64,000 nucleotides of DNA. Origin: Acholeplasmataceae bacterium (lineage in GTDB: Bacteria > Bacillota_I > Bacilli_A > Acholeplasmatales > Acholeplasmataceae). A model generated the notes under the pieces. That model saw nothing but the letters and a program-made list of their open reading frames with translations, was not told the DNA's origin and made no database searches. Location: assembly GCA_963667565.1 (NCBI GenBank), contig OY763415.1, positions 1,686,089 to 1,750,088 on the forward strand, written 5' to 3'. Positions 61,061-64,000 of this stretch are shown here, piece after piece. Numbering within the stretch: the first letter of the stretch is position 1; each line of letters starts with the position of its first letter. The position numbers were made by a program, and so were the translations under genes.

Positions 61061-62008
61061 TTATTTTAGATTTGATTGATGAACAACAACTTGAGGAAAT
61101 GGGATATTAATGCCATTTTTATCAAATACAATTTTCATTTCTCTATTAAGAAGACGTCTAACCATCATCTTATTTTTTTCTTTACACTTGGCAATAATTC
61201 TAACCACTACACCTGAATCTGCTAAATCCTCAACACCATCATAAAATGGACCTTCAATGATTTCAGGAATCTTAGTTTTCACATCAGCTAAATGAGATTT
61301 TATAACATCTTCAATCTTTTCCAAATCAGCATTGTACTCAACTGATATTTTAGTAATTGCAATCGATAATTCTTCAGATAAATTAATGATTTCTCTAATA
61401 TCTGAATTTGCAATAATAAGTACATTACCTTCAATATCTTTGATGCGTGTATTCTTAGGACCAATTTCTAATACAACACCTCTAAAACCTTGTATTTCAA
61501 CAATATCACCAACAACAAATTGTTTTTCAAAGATGATAGACAATCCCGCAAACACATCTTCTAAAATACCTTGTGCACCAAATGAGACAGCGAGTCCTGC
61601 AATACCTGCACCAGCAAGAAGTGTTGGTGTTTGTACACCCCATGCAGATAAGATGAGTAAAAGGGCAATGATAAAACTTAAATATTTAACAATGGATGCG
61701 AATAAGACGCCGAGTGTTTCACCACGTTTTCCTTTTCTTGTAAAGAGTCTTACTAAAAACATTAATATGTAATTAACGATAAAAACAAATACTATAATAG
61801 CAACACTTTCTAAGACATTCACATAATTGTTTTTGAAAAAACCAATTAAGTCAAAAAATTTACCAATTGAATTTTCAATAATGTTATCAAATGCAGAACC
61901 TGGAAATAAGATACCCGATAAGCTACCAAGTAAAATGAATAACCCAATAATCGTTAAAATGATAATTCCTTTAATTTTAGCAAATAATTCCTTTTTATGA
62001 TCTTCCAT
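61061..62008 (-). CDS. mscS: Small-conductance mechanosensitive channel
   Basis: LAGAGIAGLAVSFGAQ, FVVGDIV, GINIPFPQ. Confidence 0.9.
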   Translation of the reverse strand: MEDHKKELFAKIKGIIILTIIGLFILLGSLSGILFPGSAFDNIIENSIGKFFDLIGFFKNNYVNVLESVAIIVFVFIVNYILMFLVRLFTRKGKRGETLGVLFASIVKYLSFIIALLLILSAWGVQTPTLLAGAGIAGLAVSFGAQGILEDVFAGLSIIFEKQFVVGDIVEIQGFRGVVLEIGPKNTRIKDIEGNVLIIANSDIREIINLSEELSIAITKISVEYNADLEKIEDVIKSHLADVKTKIPEIIEGPFYDGVEDLADSGVVVRIIAKCKEKNKMMVRRLLNREMKIVFDKNGINIPFPQVVVHQSNLK

Positions 62009-62019
62009 GTTTTTTTCTC

Positions 62020-63321
62020 CTATTCATATATATGGTCATAAATGATATCTCTTATTTCATAGTTAGATGTGCTTTGCATCATGATGGTTAATTGATAACT
62101 TTTTGACGTTGGTTTTGTCATTGTAAAACTTACTGTTTTCAAATCTTGATCCATGATGAACATGTATGTATCACTTTGGATATATGTCATATGATCACCT
62201 GATATATCATAAAGTTCTACATAAATTGAATCAAAATAATTAGAAGGATCTTCTAAAACAATATATACTTCAAAATATGTATCATATGCTGTGATAATCA
62301 GTGTTTCTACTTGGTAATAATCTAATGTTTGTAATATGTCATCATAAATCATCATGTGTTCAGCTCTTAAGGTCTGAGGGTTTACATAAGTAGCTTCACA
62401 AGTGATGTGATACATCGTTGATGGTGATAAATCACCAATATAGACACTTATATCCTGATAAGAAGTTATGGATAGATCAACCAATTCGCTTCTTAATAAA
62501 ACATCATGTTCATTATAAATATATAGTGTATAAGAGACATCTAAGTCATCCATCATCTCGTTATATAAGGATAAATATATGGCATGATCTGTAGCATAAT
62601 CAAAATACATAGAACTATAGAATGTAAATGGCGGTGTTACCCACATGTCATCAAGTACTACCAAACCATCATTTGTCATAGCCTCTATATAAAAATGTAT
62701 GGGTTCATGGGTATATATATCAGTGATTTCTATACTTGATCTTTCATCTAAAACCTGAACACTATCATATTGATATTCAGTATCATATTCACTTAAATAA
62801 CCATAATAAAGCATAATGGATTGATAGATGTTATTAGGATCGTAAACTAAAATATCAACTGTATAGGAAGTAAAGTAATCTAAATCGGTTTTATGAATGG
62901 ATAGAATGGTTGCACCTACTGAAGCACGTGTTTTAACCATTAAAGTATCCAGTCGTTCTTGACCAAAACCTTTAGAACCATAAACGCTTAATCTGTAATC
63001 AGTATCAGGTGATAAAGCATCAAAATAGCCCGAGTTTTCACCCAGGCTTATTGGTTGTTCATAATATTCCATTTGATTTTCTAATACGACAAAAAGCGAT
63101 GATTCATCAAGTGCTTGGTCTTGATCTGTTACATGAACTTGATATGTCACTTGTTCAGATAAAGTCTCAACACGTGTGATCTCAGCTTTTGGAGATGAAG
63201 GGATTAATGTGACAACAGCAACAACAGCAACCGTAGACATCGCAAAAGTAGACATTAAATTTTTAATGGCATCATATCGTCTATTAAATGCTTTGCGTTC
63301 CCTTTTTTTATCCCTTATCAT
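62020..63321 (-). CDS. Membrane-anchored extracellular protein with Fn3-like repeats
   Basis: N-terminal TM; LSPDTDY and LSPSTMY motifs. Confidence 0.55.
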   Translation of the reverse strand: MIRDKKRERKAFNRRYDAIKNLMSTFAMSTVAVVAVVTLIPSSPKAEITRVETLSEQVTYQVHVTDQDQALDESSLFVVLENQMEYYEQPISLGENSGYFDALSPDTDYRLSVYGSKGFGQERLDTLMVKTRASVGATILSIHKTDLDYFTSYTVDILVYDPNNIYQSIMLYYGYLSEYDTEYQYDSVQVLDERSSIEITDIYTHEPIHFYIEAMTNDGLVVLDDMWVTPPFTFYSSMYFDYATDHAIYLSLYNEMMDDLDVSYTLYIYNEHDVLLRSELVDLSITSYQDISVYIGDLSPSTMYHITCEATYVNPQTLRAEHMMIYDDILQTLDYYQVETLIITAYDTYFEVYIVLEDPSNYFDSIYVELYDISGDHMTYIQSDTYMFIMDQDLKTVSFTMTKPTSKSYQLTIMMQSTSNYEIRDIIYDHIYE

Positions 63322-63634
63322 ATTTTTCCCTCTAAAAAACATATAAGAATAAATCAGTGGTGTCTATAAAATGATTATACAACGAATCATGAAAAAATAA
63401 AATATTATTCATAAATTTTATAAACGTTAAAAAAACGAATTTTGAATTTTGTATTTCAAACTTCATAGAAAATTATAAAAATAATAAATAATATTATGAA
63501 CAAAGTTCATAAACAGAACACAAGTAAGTAAAATGATGTGATAAAAGCCATTTTTCTTGATTATTCTCTATTAAAAGCAGTAATATCAAGTTATAATAGG
63601 TATTGGGGAATACTTACATAGAGGAGAAACACAC

Positions 63635-64000
63635 ATGAATGACCACTTTTTAAGCGCAGAAGAGCTCATGTTTCATGAAAAAACGTATCAAATAGTTGAA
63701 ATAGATTTTTTCAATGCAATCAAAGCTTTATTGCCAAAAGAATTAAAACCCAGAGATATTTATTTAATCCAAACGATTAAAAAAGATATCAAAAAACAAG
63801 AAAATACGATGTCTAAAATTGCTGAAGATATTATGATGACACCAAGTAAGTTATCAAACAATATCGACTTTCTAGAAAAAAATGGATTTCTAAAAAGAAC
63901 AAAGAGCCCTGAAGATAAGAGACGTATCTATGTGGAATTAACTGAAAAAGGGGAAAGCAGTTATAATCACATCCAAAAATTTATTGGAGATACCATTAAA
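63635..64000 (+). CDS. MarR-family regulator (runs off the window end)
   Basis: SD gaggag; MSKIAE...LEKNGFLKR...EDKRRIYVELTEKG. Confidence 0.8.
   Translation, partial: MNDHFLSAEELMFHEKTYQIVEIDFFNAIKALLPKELKPRDIYLIQTIKKDIKKQENTMSKIAEDIMMTPSKLSNNIDFLEKNGFLKRTKSPEDKRRIYVELTEKGESSYNHIQKFIGDTIK

Noticed and set aside
690..61772. Many 60-146 aa ORFs nested in or antisense to longer genes (e.g. 690-947, 14043-14309, 47552-47863, 57659-57994, 61332-61772)
   Set aside because: They overlap well-supported genes and lack SD sequences or motifs
1..64000. tRNA, rRNA, CRISPR arrays and IS transposases
   Set aside because: No such signatures recognised by eye; tRNAscan-SE, CRISPR finders and ISEScan would confirm

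Overview
Very AT-rich bacterial chromosome segment in genetic code 11 (TGA is used as stop). Gene content resembles Acholeplasmatales/Izemoplasmatales-type Mollicutes (inference). Positions ~1-41300 are a dense anti-phage/defence region. It holds (i) a type I RM locus (XRE regulator-hsdM-hsdS-tyrosine recombinase-hsdS'-hsdR) with three pairs of direct-repeat candidate recombination sites, (ii) a PD-(D/E)xK-like orphan, an SF2 helicase-nuclease fusion and a sacsin-like GHKL/DUF3883 protein, (iii) a four-gene operon built around a prokaryotic viperin and an SF1 helicase, preceded by a predicted ~100-nt sRNA and a complementary ~235-nt structured leader, and (iv) a resolvase-flanked DpnII-type RM cassette with GmrSD, an apparently catalytically dead PLD-wH protein and an NYN+HNH pair. 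A conserved promoter-proximal GGGAATGnnTGCACT + terminator element occurs three times in this region. Positions ~41500-64000 hold ordinary genes: transporters, two csp genes, glutathione peroxidase, GGDEF, MMPL/TetR, an antiporter, mscL, mscS and a partial MarR. No tRNA, rRNA or CRISPR array was seen. All family calls come from motif recognition by eye, not database searches.
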